Notes: generated by a model from the letters alone, not told the origin. Counted from the first letter of the stretch, positions 1 to 9,156 are shown. The stretch: 20,000 bases of DNA from an uncultured virus (IMG/VR IMGVR_UViG_3300009528_000001) (IMGVR_UViG_3300009528_000001), one strand, 5' to 3'. Program-made: numbers and translations.

Positions 1-2
1 AT

Positions 3-833
3 GCGGGAACAACAGGCTCAGAGATTTTTCGTTCTGACAATGGGACTGATTGGGAAGAAGTTGAAGATTTAGGAGAATCAGATGTTTTCTCTTTAATCAT
101 TTTCAAGGGTTTTCTTTATGCTGCTACAGGAAGTAACGGCAAGATATTCCGTTCTGGTAATGGTACGACGTGGGATGAAGTTGTTGATTTGACAGAATCA
201 AGCATTAGATGTTCGGCCATTTTCAATGGTTTTCTTTATGTAGGAACGGGTACTAATGGCAAGATCTTCCGTTCAAGCAATGGCATCGATTGGGAAGAGG
301 TCGAAGAGACTAGCGAGTCATTTCTTTATTCTATGACAATTTTCGGAGGTTTTCTTTATGCTGGTGGAGGCAGTGGCAAGATATTCCGTTCTGGTAATGG
401 TACGACGTGGACCGAGATTATAGATTTAGGCACGTCTAATGTTTTTGCTTTAGCCGTTTTCAATGATTTCCTTTATGCTGGTACACATTCACAAGGCAAG
501 ATCTTCCGTTCAAGCAATGGCATTGATTGGGATGAAGTCGAGGATCTTGCTACAGAGACAAGCATTAGAACTTTAGCCGTTTTCAATGATTTCCTTTATG
601 CTGGTACAACCCCAAATGGCAAGATCTTCCGTTCAAGCAATGGCATTGATTGGGAAGAGGTCGAAGAGACCACAGAGAACAACATTCTAGCATTAATAGT
701 TTTCAATGATTTTCTTTATGCTGGAACGAGCAGTGGTGGCAAGATCTTCCGTTCAAGCAATGGCATCGATTGGGAAGAGGTCGAAGAGACTGAGCCATTA
801 AATGTTGAATCATTGGCTATTTTCACTTTTTAA
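3..833 (+). CDS. Tandem-repeat (BNR/Asp-box-like) beta-propeller protein, 5'-truncated by the window edge; probable virion/receptor-binding protein
   Basis: Frame is open from position 3 (AGTTGSEIFRSDNGTDWEE...), so the gene starts before the window. Seven ~40-aa repeats LYAGT-x-GKIFRSSNGxxW-x-L-x-FNxF, with GKIFRS at 138, 258, 375, 495, 618, 738 and a variant near 21. Lies immediately upstream of a tail-like gene. Confidence 0.8.
   Translation, partial: AGTTGSEIFRSDNGTDWEEVEDLGESDVFSLIIFKGFLYAATGSNGKIFRSGNGTTWDEVVDLTESSIRCSAIFNGFLYVGTGTNGKIFRSSNGIDWEEVEETSESFLYSMTIFGGFLYAGGGSGKIFRSGNGTTWTEIIDLGTSNVFALAVFNDFLYAGTHSQGKIFRSSNGIDWDEVEDLATETSIRTLAVFNDFLYAGTTPNGKIFRSSNGIDWEEVEETTENNILALIVFNDFLYAGTSSGGKIFRSSNGIDWEEVEETEPLNVESLAIFTF
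18..830 (+). repeat. Intragenic tandem repeat, period 117-123 bp
   Basis: 257-311 and 737-791 are identical over 55 bp, with near-identical copies at 495 and 618. GGCAAGATATTCCGTTCTGGTAATGGTACGACGTGG occurs at both 138 and 375. Confidence 0.95.
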
Positions 834-835
834 TT

Positions 836-3226
836 ATGAAATCATTAGCACCCGACATAGCCGGTTTATTTTCAGTCTTCGGTGGCGCTCGTCCCCGAAT
901 ATTGGTTGAAATAGTTACCACCGGAGGCACAAAATTCTATTCCGATCAACATATATTTGTAGATGGGCAAGGTTATGAAGCACGTATTTTATCTTGGGGC
1001 CGCATGAGTATGGAACTTGGGCTGGGAGAAGATTTTATAAAGGAAGGTAGAGTTCCCATAAAATTATCAAATTATGTACCCAGAATTTCCGATGACATTG
1101 ATGCCGGGGATGCAGTATCCATATATATCTGGGATTTGGGAGCCGCTGTAGGATCAAAATTCAAAATATTCGAGGGGACTGTTAATGATGATATTATTGC
1201 AGGATATGAGGAATTTTCCTTCACTTGCACAGATGTAAGCGCAAAATACAATAAACTTATTGGGGATAGGCTAGATATAGCAACCTATCCCGCTGCCGAT
1301 CCCAACGATATTGGCAAGATTCAAAATATACCCTATGGTTTAAATAAAAATGTTCGCTGCCTGGCAATCGAGGCTGGGGCGGCAAGCACTATAAGTGCAG
1401 ACCATGATGATTCCCAAACAACATTCAATATAACAGATACGACAAGGTTTCCCAGTTCTGATTCAAGCGCCGATCCTGCCGAGGCATTTATTGGTGATGA
1501 AAAGATTTCATGGACGGGCAAGACAGCAACAACATTAACCGGCGTTACTCGGGGCATTGACGGAACAACGGCAACATCACATTCATATGGGGATGCCATT
1601 TTACAAGCAGTAGAAACAGTAACTTATCAGGCATCCGAACGCATTGCCAAATCTCTTTTAAATGCGGCCATAGTTCCTTGGGGATCACCAAAAGAAGAAA
1701 AGGTCTCGGTTGATGACTTTGCCACTTATAGAGTTGATGATTTTGGCATCGCCACCATAGAACTATCACAATTACCTCAAATAAGAAAAAAAGTCGATAT
1801 TGCCGTCACCCAGCAGCCAGATCAGCCGGTAACTTCCGAGGGCACTCATATTCATACTGGTTCAATCGCTGGCAATTCTCAGGTAACGATAAATGCTGAT
1901 GCTATTGATTCTCAATCAGGCGTCACTAATCCAGGTAATGCTTTTGATCAAAATTCGGATACTTTTGCATCATTGGTGGCTGGATCAACTGCCCTTTTGG
2001 GATTGCAGTTTAGCTTTGCCGCGTTTGATGGATTAACAATAAAAAAAGCAACCGCTGTTATTCACCATCAGGCAGCATCTGGGGGATGGACGAATTATAG
2101 GGTTGATCTCGTTGGGAAATCATATACTCAAACGTTGGCCTCCAGTGCAGTTCCGGGAATAATTCAAAAATTTGAAGTTTCTGCATTGGTAAATGAAACC
2201 GACTGGTCTGAACTTGATGGATTGCGTGTTTTTGCCAGCGATGCAGGTGGTGTATCTGTTCGTTTATATGATTTGCACTGGGAGATTGAATATGTACCTG
2301 CCGTTACCATCAATACACATGCTGCTGACGACATATCAACCAGCCCTCGAACAACAAATGCAGCATTAGGTGGAGATTCCGTAGCTGCATCCCTTGGCGG
2401 ATATTGTGTATGCGATATTGAAGGTGAACCAGATATCGCAGGGCATTGGACGGGCTCAGGTACGGATTTAATAGAAAAACCAGTTGATGTAATCCATCAC
2501 ATTCTGGAGACTTTTACTAATGGTCCTGTTGCCCATGCCAATATCGATATATCCGGATCATTCGCAGATGCCGAAGCAGAACATCCAAACATGGATAAAT
2601 GGGGTTTTGTTATTACGCAACAGATTTGGGTGAATGAATTATTAACATATCTTGCTCAACAATTCTTTTCCCGGTTTATTTGGGAGGCAGGTATTGCAAA
2701 ATTAAATCATATAAGAATAAACTCATCAAGTGTAAACGACAAATCAATTGACACTGAGTGGGATTCCATAAAAAGGAATAGCAAATTAACAGTCAAGGAA
2801 GATAGATGGGGCAAAGACCGCGTATGGAATGATATCACAATTAACTTTGATTTAGACTTAGTCTTATCCGAAGGTAACTGGTTTGCCAATGATAATTATA
2901 ATCAGAATACACAAGATGAAGATGCAACTTCAATAACAGCAAATGGCCGCCAAACGCGCGTTTTTAATGCCTTTGCAATTGGCGACAATTCCAGTTATGC
3001 CGATGATTTAAGAGATAAATTATTAATATTTTATAAATTGAACAGGAAATGGAATTCTTTTAAATCTTGGACAAAATTGATTGACCTGGAGCGTGGTGAT
3101 GAAGTTGATATAACAACACCACAATTGGGATTAGCGTCCTTTGATGCTGAAATTGTGAATATTGAAATTGATTTACCTAGACGTGGCCAATCATTAATTC
3201 CTATAATTACTGCATTAGAAATTTAA
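836..3226 (+). CDS. Large phage tail/baseplate-associated structural protein (796 aa)
   Basis: Long acidic, beta-rich ORF. EKISWTGKTATTLTGVTRGIDGTTATSH motif of the kind seen in tail proteins. C-terminal LERGDEVDIT..AEIVNIE segment resembles tail hub/tip proteins. Family assignment is inference. Confidence 0.65.
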   Translation: MKSLAPDIAGLFSVFGGARPRILVEIVTTGGTKFYSDQHIFVDGQGYEARILSWGRMSMELGLGEDFIKEGRVPIKLSNYVPRISDDIDAGDAVSIYIWDLGAAVGSKFKIFEGTVNDDIIAGYEEFSFTCTDVSAKYNKLIGDRLDIATYPAADPNDIGKIQNIPYGLNKNVRCLAIEAGAASTISADHDDSQTTFNITDTTRFPSSDSSADPAEAFIGDEKISWTGKTATTLTGVTRGIDGTTATSHSYGDAILQAVETVTYQASERIAKSLLNAAIVPWGSPKEEKVSVDDFATYRVDDFGIATIELSQLPQIRKKVDIAVTQQPDQPVTSEGTHIHTGSIAGNSQVTINADAIDSQSGVTNPGNAFDQNSDTFASLVAGSTALLGLQFSFAAFDGLTIKKATAVIHHQAASGGWTNYRVDLVGKSYTQTLASSAVPGIIQKFEVSALVNETDWSELDGLRVFASDAGGVSVRLYDLHWEIEYVPAVTINTHAADDISTSPRTTNAALGGDSVAASLGGYCVCDIEGEPDIAGHWTGSGTDLIEKPVDVIHHILETFTNGPVAHANIDISGSFADAEAEHPNMDKWGFVITQQIWVNELLTYLAQQFFSRFIWEAGIAKLNHIRINSSSVNDKSIDTEWDSIKRNSKLTVKEDRWGKDRVWNDITINFDLDLVLSEGNWFANDNYNQNTQDEDATSITANGRQTRVFNAFAIGDNSSYADDLRDKLLIFYKLNRKWNSFKSWTKLIDLERGDEVDITTPQLGLASFDAEIVNIEIDLPRRGQSLIPIITALEI

Positions 3227-3548
3227 TTATATCAAATTATCACATTTAATTGTAAAATTTCACAATCATCTCAATTTTAATTTTTACCAGGTATTAATCC
3301 TGAATATAGGATTACCTGTCTAATCCCTGCAAGTTAGTGAATTCCACCCCTGGTTGTGGGATAGCCGCGTATTTTGAGAATTAAATCCCCGATGAAGATG
3401 CTCTTAAATTCGCAAAATTACTGATAATTAAAGCGGAGATTTAATTATTACAAATATACTTCGAGTGACTTTGTTCATCTATTACGTGAATAAAAGAGTT
3501 CTGGGTATACTATAAATTCTCATCGAGGTACAATTCCTGAAAATGTTG

Positions 3549-3592
3549 AACAAGAAAAGCCCACCAGAGAACTCCACTTCCCCGATGGACTT
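3549..3592 (-). terminator. Intrinsic terminator of the leftward operon
   Basis: Minus strand AAGTCCATCGGGGAA-gtggag-TTCTCTGGTGGGCTT forms a 15-bp stem (4 G-U pairs, so it pairs fully only on the minus strand), followed by TTCTTGTT. Starts 8 nt after the stop of 3600..3866. Confidence 0.8.
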
Positions 3593-3599
3593 ATCTTAA

Positions 3600-3866
3600 T
3601 TATTCTTTTATCTTCTTTTGTTCATTGTTTGCGTTTCGAACAAAATCAATGTTTGGTGTTTTTATACCCACCGCTTTGTTATATTCGAGTTCCAGTTTAA
3701 CAGAAGAAATTATCTTGCCAGAAGCATTGACAATTGCATTTAGATTGGCCGGTGTTGTTTCTCCTTTCCGTATTTTTGAAATTTCCTCGCAGAGCACATT
3801 TCTCAACTCCACCACGTTTGTAAGATCAACGGGCATTGTTTTTTGTCTTTCTTCCACCCTTATCAC
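3600..3866 (-). CDS. Phage hypothetical protein (helical)
   Basis: 88-aa ORF overlapping the upstream gene by 4 bp; real start may be MPVDL. ELR..L...I..A..NAIVNASGKIISSVKLELEY pattern looks like a recurrent small phage protein. Confidence 0.7.
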   Translation of the reverse strand: MIRVEERQKTMPVDLTNVVELRNVLCEEISKIRKGETTPANLNAIVNASGKIISSVKLELEYNKAVGIKTPNIDFVRNANNEQKKIKE

Positions 3867-4450
3867 CTCCTTTCTTTTTTAGCTAGTAGTACTATTTTGT
3901 GCAATGATATTAGTTCTTTTGGGATATCACCACGTTCCAAATCAGAATCTTTTGTTAATTGTTTTATTATGTAATTTTCTATATTTTTTTCACAATATTC
4001 ATCATTGTATTTCTTTCTTCTAGCCCAACGTTTTTTGTATGAGCGCTTTCCACTTTCAACAATGGCTGCTTTATGTTGATGATAATATTCGCTATCATAT
4101 CTTTTGTTATATTCTTTTCCAGCTGTTTGTCGTTCTGGGGTATTTCGGTATTCGGCATTGTGTTTATTTCTACATTTTTTGCAGTGGCTATTTTTGCCAT
4201 CTCCAGAACTTTTATTAAGATGGAACTCTTTTAGTGATTGCTCCTTTTTGCATTTAGTACAAAATTTGTATTCAGGTTTATAAATGTAGATACCAGGTCG
4301 CCACCCTCTTGCAGTAGTCCTTACTAGAAAATATCCCCTAAAATTAATTATCAACGAAATCACCATATCGCATATTAATCCAAGGAGAGTTGTTTTATAT
4401 TTTGTGCAAACCTTATTTTCCATTACAAGTACACATCTTCTTTTCCGCAT
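3863..4450 (-). CDS. Phage protein with CxxC...CxxC zinc finger and basic helical region; start uncertain (probably MENKV)
   Basis: KFCTKCKKEQSLKEFHLNKSSGDGKNSHCKKC is the zinc finger common at the N-terminus of phage HNH/Endo VII-type proteins. No HNH catalytic motif is visible here. Confidence 0.7.
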   Translation of the reverse strand: MRKRRCVLVMENKVCTKYKTTLLGLICDMVISLIINFRGYFLVRTTARGWRPGIYIYKPEYKFCTKCKKEQSLKEFHLNKSSGDGKNSHCKKCRNKHNAEYRNTPERQTAGKEYNKRYDSEYYHQHKAAIVESGKRSYKKRWARRKKYNDEYCEKNIENYIIKQLTKDSDLERGDIPKELISLHKIVLLAKKERR

Positions 4451-4615
4451 TTCCCTGGATCGGTCATGGGATACAAGTTTTTTGCGAATTCCATCTGGTG
4501 GAATTTTAACTTTCCTTCATTCCCGCGCCCTTGCTATCGGGTGGGGATCCCCGGCTTTAGGTGCCTAAGCTCTTCAGCCGGCCTCGTTTCCCGCGCCCAC
4601 CATGGCCGGGAATTC

Positions 4616-4840
4616 TTATTTCCCCCGATCCCTCAACGTCTCAAGCTCTAGGTCAGTTATCTTTTCCAGTGCCATCATGGAAACTGAGCGAGCGCTGCCG
4701 TCTGGTAGTTCGGCATAGAAACCCTTTTTCGTCCTGCCAACCGTCAGATCCTTAAATCTACCCTTATTGGGAGAGCACTTCTCCATTATGCGCAGAGCAC
4801 TAGGGTGTGCGTTTGTCATCTTTATTTTGCCATGCTTCAT
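4616..4840 (-). CDS. Hypothetical protein
   Basis: 74-aa ORF with AAGGGG RBS, co-oriented with the operon. Confidence 0.6.
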   Translation of the reverse strand: MKHGKIKMTNAHPSALRIMEKCSPNKGRFKDLTVGRTKKGFYAELPDGSARSVSMMALEKITDLELETLRDRGK

Positions 4841-4940
4841 TTTAGCCCCTTAAAAAGTTCTTCTTTCAGTTGCAAATATACTGAATTCTTCATGATTTAT
4901 TATTCTCTTTTTCTGTAATTTAAGCCAACCGCATGCAACA

Positions 4941-5336
4941 TTAACTGGCAGGGGAGTTCTTAATTTTTCCCACAAAAGGTTTATCTTTTTCCGATACCAT
5001 TGTTTTATCAAGTTCTTCTATAAATCCAAGAAACTGCTTTTTAATGCCTGCGGCCTCTATTGCCATATTATTATCTCTGATAGTTACCACATACTCAGAA
5101 AATTTTAATACCATGATGTTAGTGAGAATGTTAACTTTCAATTCTGGTGGAAAAGCTGTTAGTGTTTCTTTAACTCCATCCAAAAAAGCACTAAGTCCTT
5201 TAAACAAGTCATCATTTAAAGAATCAAGAAACTTATCAAATTTATCTGAGTTCTCTCCATCGGCATTCACTTTAATTCCTCCTAATTTAAGTTTCCCGGC
5301 CCCGATCGGCGGGGACATTTTGTAGGATTCGGCCAA
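4941..5336 (-). CDS. Hypothetical protein
   Basis: 131-aa ORF co-oriented with the operon; start uncertain. Confidence 0.6.
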   Translation of the reverse strand: MAESYKMSPPIGAGKLKLGGIKVNADGENSDKFDKFLDSLNDDLFKGLSAFLDGVKETLTAFPPELKVNILTNIMVLKFSEYVVTIRDNNMAIEAAGIKKQFLGFIEELDKTMVSEKDKPFVGKIKNSPAS

Positions 5337-5405
5337 CCGGGACCGGGGGGATTCTTGCGGAAATTGTGTAAGATTTACTTTTTGCTTACGGAATTCTATT
5401 ATCCC

Positions 5406-5594
5406 TCAAGAAATAAACACAATATCATTTGTTGAAACTTCGTATATTTGCCCATCTTTACTTTCTACAAGAGCAAATTTTTCTAGTCCATGTTCTTGGT
5501 CACCGCATTGAGCCCATTCGTGAAACAATCCATCAGCATAGGATCGATTTAATACAGTACAGTATCTAACTTTTCTTAAATCACTTTTTTTCAT
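5406..5594 (-). CDS. Small phage hypothetical protein
   Basis: 62 aa; ATGA overlap with the ATPase stop; GGAGGGGGG RBS; GLFHEWAQ..FALVESKDGQI pattern. Confidence 0.75.
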   Translation of the reverse strand: MKKSDLRKVRYCTVLNRSYADGLFHEWAQCGDQEHGLEKFALVESKDGQIYEVSTNDIVFIS

Positions 5595-7066
5595 GACTTC
5601 CCCCCCTCCCCGTAAACCCCCTGTTCTTTGAATATCTCATCCAATACCGAAAGACTTTCTTCTTCCATCTCCGCAGCAAGAATCCTTTCAATGGGTTTTT
5701 CCATGCGATCATTAAGCAATTCCAGGAGCTTGGGCTTTTGTAATGCATCTACTTCAAATAGCCAAGTCTTCTTTATTTTGTTTCTGATCACTTCGATATC
5801 TATTTTTTGTGGCTCCTTATTCTTTTCAATGCTCTTTAAATGGTCGATAATTTCATTACCCTGCTTTTTTGTCAGGTCTTTCATGCTTTTAAGGCTCAAT
5901 AGTTTAACAATACCCGCCGACTTTGCCCTGACAACGTCATGATCAGTTATCCCCTCAGTGATCTTGTAAAGGGCATGGATGGCTTTAATCTGGTCAGCAC
6001 TTATGAGGGGGTCTATGATCCTTTTAATGGTTTCTAGGCCATTCTGGAGGTCAATAAGATTCATGTTCTCAACAGCAGTCCATGAACCGGTTTTGAAAAC
6101 ATGTTTTATTATTCTTGCTTTTTCTGTTTTGTCCTTTGCGGTTGTGGAAGGATACTTCTCAACCAAACATGCCATTATCTCTTCAAGAGCAATTTTTTTA
6201 TCCTTTTGTTCAATCTGCCAATCGGGACGGCCTTGGTGGTCAAATCTACCTTCAGAGTTGCGATCAGTATTTATTCCCAAATGTTTCCCGCCGATATTAA
6301 GGGCCACGAAATGCGGTTCAAAAGATTTAAAAGTGGGATAATCAAAAGACTGTCCATTAATAAGATCAAAACGATCTTTCATGACATGGCATCGATGAAT
6401 CCATTGACTACCTTCTTTCGGTTTAAATGTTTGCCGTGCTGCCCTGGTTTTTAATTTGCTGATTTCTTCTTCATTGGCCGAAACGCGCTCCATATCTAAT
6501 ACAAGCGAAGGCTCAAACCCGAATTCGTTTTCAACCTTCATTTTTACACCGGTCTTGATGAGGTCTTTGTTCCCTCGTTCATCGAAAGTGTAATCATATT
6601 CAAACCCGGCACGCCCGCAGACAATTATATGTAGCCTGGAATTGACAAACAAATCTGTATATTTATGCCATTCTTTTTTGATGATCGCCCAATCTTGAAA
6701 TTGAAGCCGTCCGTTTCTTTTTAATTTCTCGTCATAAGATTCACATAAATCTCTCCAGACATGAGTTATGGAATCTATTATCAATACTTTTATCTTGTTT
6801 GTTTGGCATTCTTCAATTGTAGTCAATAAATCCGTAAAAGACCTGCTTTTGATGTTTAATAATTCTATCCCCGCTTTTTTAAATTTGGCGATAAGAAAGT
6901 CTGAGCCTGTTTCTGTGTCGAAAAAAGCTACTTGTTTCGTTTTCTCAAGTTCACATATCCCGATGGCTATTTCTGCCGCTGTAAAAGATTTTCCGGCACC
7001 AGAAAAACCAAGAATTCCCACTTTTCCATATGCCTGTTCAAGCGTTGCTTTTTTTAATAATGCCAT
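5591..7066 (-). CDS. Phage P-loop ATPase (AAA_24/Sak4-like RecA-fold recombination protein) with C-terminal helical extension
   Basis: Walker A GFSGAGKS, FFDTETGS, Walker B VLIIDSITHVW; AAGGAG RBS. C-terminal ISADQIKAIHAL..SMKDLTKKQGNEIID resembles tails of phage single-strand annealing proteins. Confidence 0.85.
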   Translation of the reverse strand: MALLKKATLEQAYGKVGILGFSGAGKSFTAAEIAIGICELEKTKQVAFFDTETGSDFLIAKFKKAGIELLNIKSRSFTDLLTTIEECQTNKIKVLIIDSITHVWRDLCESYDEKLKRNGRLQFQDWAIIKKEWHKYTDLFVNSRLHIIVCGRAGFEYDYTFDERGNKDLIKTGVKMKVENEFGFEPSLVLDMERVSANEEEISKLKTRAARQTFKPKEGSQWIHRCHVMKDRFDLINGQSFDYPTFKSFEPHFVALNIGGKHLGINTDRNSEGRFDHQGRPDWQIEQKDKKIALEEIMACLVEKYPSTTAKDKTEKARIIKHVFKTGSWTAVENMNLIDLQNGLETIKRIIDPLISADQIKAIHALYKITEGITDHDVVRAKSAGIVKLLSLKSMKDLTKKQGNEIIDHLKSIEKNKEPQKIDIEVIRNKIKKTWLFEVDALQKPKLLELLNDRMEKPIERILAAEMEEESLSVLDEIFKEQGVYGEGGKS

Positions 7067-7099
7067 AACATCTCCTTTATTTTGATTCCTGGCGGGTGC

Positions 7100-7525
7100 T
7101 CATTGTTTTTCCTTTACGTTATTCATGTGGTCGATCAGATCATTCATGTGCTTTTTCTTTGAATCAATTTGCTTAGAAAGTTTTTCTATTTCTCTTTTGT
7201 AATCAGATATATGCTCTTTGTATTTTTCAATTAATGCTTTTGAGGGGGTTAAATAATATTTTTCCCCTTTGTGAAAACAGTCATAAGATTCATCATCATG
7301 ATTTTTCATATCTACATATTCAAAACTGTCTGATTCATGATCAGAAGATTTTATTATTATTTCACATGGTTCACTTCCGTGGTCACAGCAAAGACATTGA
7401 ATTTCATATAAAACAGAACTTTGTCTTTTTATTTCTGCTACGACTTTATACTCCCCTATTTTACCAAAAGTGAAATAGTGATAAATCTTATCGTTTATTT
7501 TTAATCTATTTTTAAAACCTTTCAT
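7100..7525 (-). CDS. Hypothetical protein with C-terminal coiled coil (start revised to MKGFKN)
   Basis: GAAAGGAG RBS before the ATG at 7525; the longer ORF-track start overlaps another gene. Confidence 0.7.
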   Translation of the reverse strand: MKGFKNRLKINDKIYHYFTFGKIGEYKVVAEIKRQSSVLYEIQCLCCDHGSEPCEIIIKSSDHESDSFEYVDMKNHDDESYDCFHKGEKYYLTPSKALIEKYKEHISDYKREIEKLSKQIDSKKKHMNDLIDHMNNVKEKQ

Positions 7526-7526
7526 G

Positions 7527-7688
7527 TCAATAATCACTCCTTTCTGGCTTATTTTCCCTTTCTTCCCCGTCTTCCCAATGACCCAAGCACAGCCCGTCCC
7601 GAACCGCCTCCGAGGTGCATAATTCGCATTGGTCCTCATCGGGGACGTGGTGTTCGTTAAGGTCGGGATCGTAAATGTAGCCTGGCAT
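7527..7688 (-). CDS. Small 53-aa CxxC/CxxH protein (not in the ORF track)
   Basis: Manual translation MPGYIYDPDLNEHHVPDEDQCELCTSEAVRDGLCLGHWEDGEERENKPERSDY; AGGA RBS; fills the gap between neighbours exactly. Confidence 0.65.
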   Translation of the reverse strand: MPGYIYDPDLNEHHVPDEDQCELCTSEAVRDGLCLGHWEDGEERENKPERSDY

Positions 7689-7703
7689 TAAATAATCCTG
7701 TGG

Positions 7704-8102
7704 TTATTCGCATTTAATGGCATAAACCGGCGTTTCTTTGGTGGAGACTTGGACTATTTCGCATGTTGACCCCTCCACCAATGCGGTTATAACTATGGAC
7801 ACATCACCCCTGTACACCTCCCAATTTAGCCCTGTTTGTATTGGGCTGATTGTGCCTCCTTTTTCTTTCTGGTGAAACCCATTAGCTGCGAGTTTTGTAA
7901 GCACACTTGACATCCCCTTCATTGGTGAACCTACTGAAACGCTGCACCAATGCGTGAGGAAAGATCCGTGTACTCTAATGTGTCCAAAGGTATAATTGTA
8001 ATTTTCCAGAAGCGATGCGGCTAATTCAAGCGAAGGTTTATGTTTTTGGATACAAAAAATATTTTCTCGTAAGTCCAGTATTTCCTTTTCAATGCTGTTC
8101 AT
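7704..8102 (-). CDS. Hypothetical protein
   Basis: 132-aa ORF with AAGGA RBS. Confidence 0.7.
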   Translation of the reverse strand: MNSIEKEILDLRENIFCIQKHKPSLELAASLLENYNYTFGHIRVHGSFLTHWCSVSVGSPMKGMSSVLTKLAANGFHQKEKGGTISPIQTGLNWEVYRGDVSIVITALVEGSTCEIVQVSTKETPVYAIKCE

Positions 8103-8104
8103 TT

Positions 8105-8170
8105 TTATTCCTTTATTTTATTGTAGTATTCGTCAAGTTCCTTGTCATGGATGTAGCCTGGTTTTGGCAT
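8105..8170 (-). pseudogene. 21-codon fragment paralogous to the N-terminus of 7527..7688
   Basis: MPKPGYIHDKELDEYYNKIKE vs MPGYIYDPDLNEHH; shared DNA CCAGGCTACAT. Confidence 0.5.
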
Positions 8171-8180
8171 TATTCCATCC

Positions 8181-8450
8181 CTAAAGGAGCCTTTTGATTG
8201 TTTTTGTAATCTGTGACTTGACACCACTCTTATCCATGAGAGAATCACCTTTGTATGCGTCGTTTATCCATCTGTAGATTGCATTGCTTATTTCCCTTGC
8301 CTTGGTGAGCCTGGCTTTGTTGTAAGTTTCTAACGCAGAGGATTGTTTGCCATAATTACATTCCTCATAAAAACCATATACACATGTTTCTGTTTTATCA
8401 TAACAACGACAAGGATATTCTTCATCTTGAAAAAAACACGGTTTATCCAT
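8181..8450 (-). CDS. Cys-rich hypothetical protein (start revised to MDKPC)
   Basis: AGGGG RBS just before the ATG at 8450; abuts the upstream gene's stop. Confidence 0.65.
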   Translation of the reverse strand: MDKPCFFQDEEYPCRCYDKTETCVYGFYEECNYGKQSSALETYNKARLTKAREISNAIYRWINDAYKGDSLMDKSGVKSQITKTIKRLL

Positions 8451-8454
8451 CTTA

Positions 8455-8649
8455 TCATTCCCCTGTCTCGTCTTGTATCTCAAGAGCAGCGGGGATTTTC
8501 GCAAAAAGGCGGAAATCGTATGACATGACAAGCTCCCCGACCGCCTCTTCTTTATTGAAAGAGGAACATGCCGGAATACTGGTTCCGGGAACCGAGACGA
8601 TGTAAATGTCCTCGGCCAGATCGTTTCCTTTTGTTATTTTTATTTTCAT
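8455..8649 (-). CDS. Hypothetical protein
   Basis: 64-aa ORF with GAGGG RBS. Confidence 0.65.
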   Translation of the reverse strand: MKIKITKGNDLAEDIYIVSVPGTSIPACSSFNKEEAVGELVMSYDFRLFAKIPAALEIQDETGE

Positions 8650-8889
8650 GTTTCCCTCACCAGCAAAAAAACCAATCCAAAAGAGCCCCTACAAAAAGCC
8701 AGAATAAAAGCTTAAGTGCAACGTACCAAGTACCTGATCAATAAAATATTTCATAATTTTCCATGGTTTATCCTTTCATTTTATGCACCAGGATAATAAG
8801 GTTCAACCCAGTTAGGTATAAAATCAGTGAATTTAGCTCCCCATACCTAAACAGCCTTGATCTGCTTAGGAATTGATAGCTAGGATTTT

Positions 8890-9108
8890 TTATAACACCA
8901 CCTGCTCCCCCGTCCTCTTTTCTACAATGAGTATATTTATGGCAATTTGAGTTATTGTCCATATTTCCACAACAATGCTAATAATTGCCGCTTTCCACCA
9001 AGGTACTTGTGCGAATGTAGCTATACAAGAAATTGTTATTATAAATAAAACATTCCGCAGTCTTGAATTGCGCTGTTCTTTTTTATTTAGCTTGGATTTT
9101 TGTCTCAT
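8890..9108 (-). CDS. Small membrane protein (two hydrophobic segments)
   Basis: Basic N-terminus, then VLFIITISCIATFA and WWKAAIISIVVEIWTITQIAINILIV; AGGAGGGG RBS. Confidence 0.7.
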   Translation of the reverse strand: MRQKSKLNKKEQRNSRLRNVLFIITISCIATFAQVPWWKAAIISIVVEIWTITQIAINILIVEKRTGEQVVL

Positions 9109-9156
9109 CTTCCCCTCCTGTTAATTTCCTCACAATCCTACCAATCTATAAAAAGC

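Noticed and set aside
3..833. Diversity-generating retroelement template/variable repeat pair
   Set aside because: All repeats are in-frame coding units, differences are not confined to adenines, and no reverse transcriptase is present in the window.
3863..4450. HNH homing endonuclease
   Set aside because: Only the N-terminal zinc finger is present and no HNH catalytic motif is visible.
5628..7473. Plus-strand ORFs antisense to the ATPase and its neighbours (and similar antisense ORFs elsewhere, e.g. 14091-14540, 15367-15714)
   Set aside because: They are shadows of well-supported genes on the opposite strand, with no recognisable motifs.
7906..8231. Partial matches to the array motif (CTTGACATCCCCTT at 7906, CTTGACACCACTCTT at 8217; also GACACCCCCTT near 17267)
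   Set aside because: They are imperfect, lie inside coding sequence (two antisense to their genes) and are not followed by RBS-ATG, so probably chance.
8650..8962. ORF 8768..8962 and a hydrophobic frame with an internal TGA upstream of 8649 (possible recoding)
   Set aside because: The ORF overlaps 8890..9108 and has no motif. TGA is clearly used as a stop elsewhere in the window, so an alternative genetic code is unsupported; at most this is a decayed gene.
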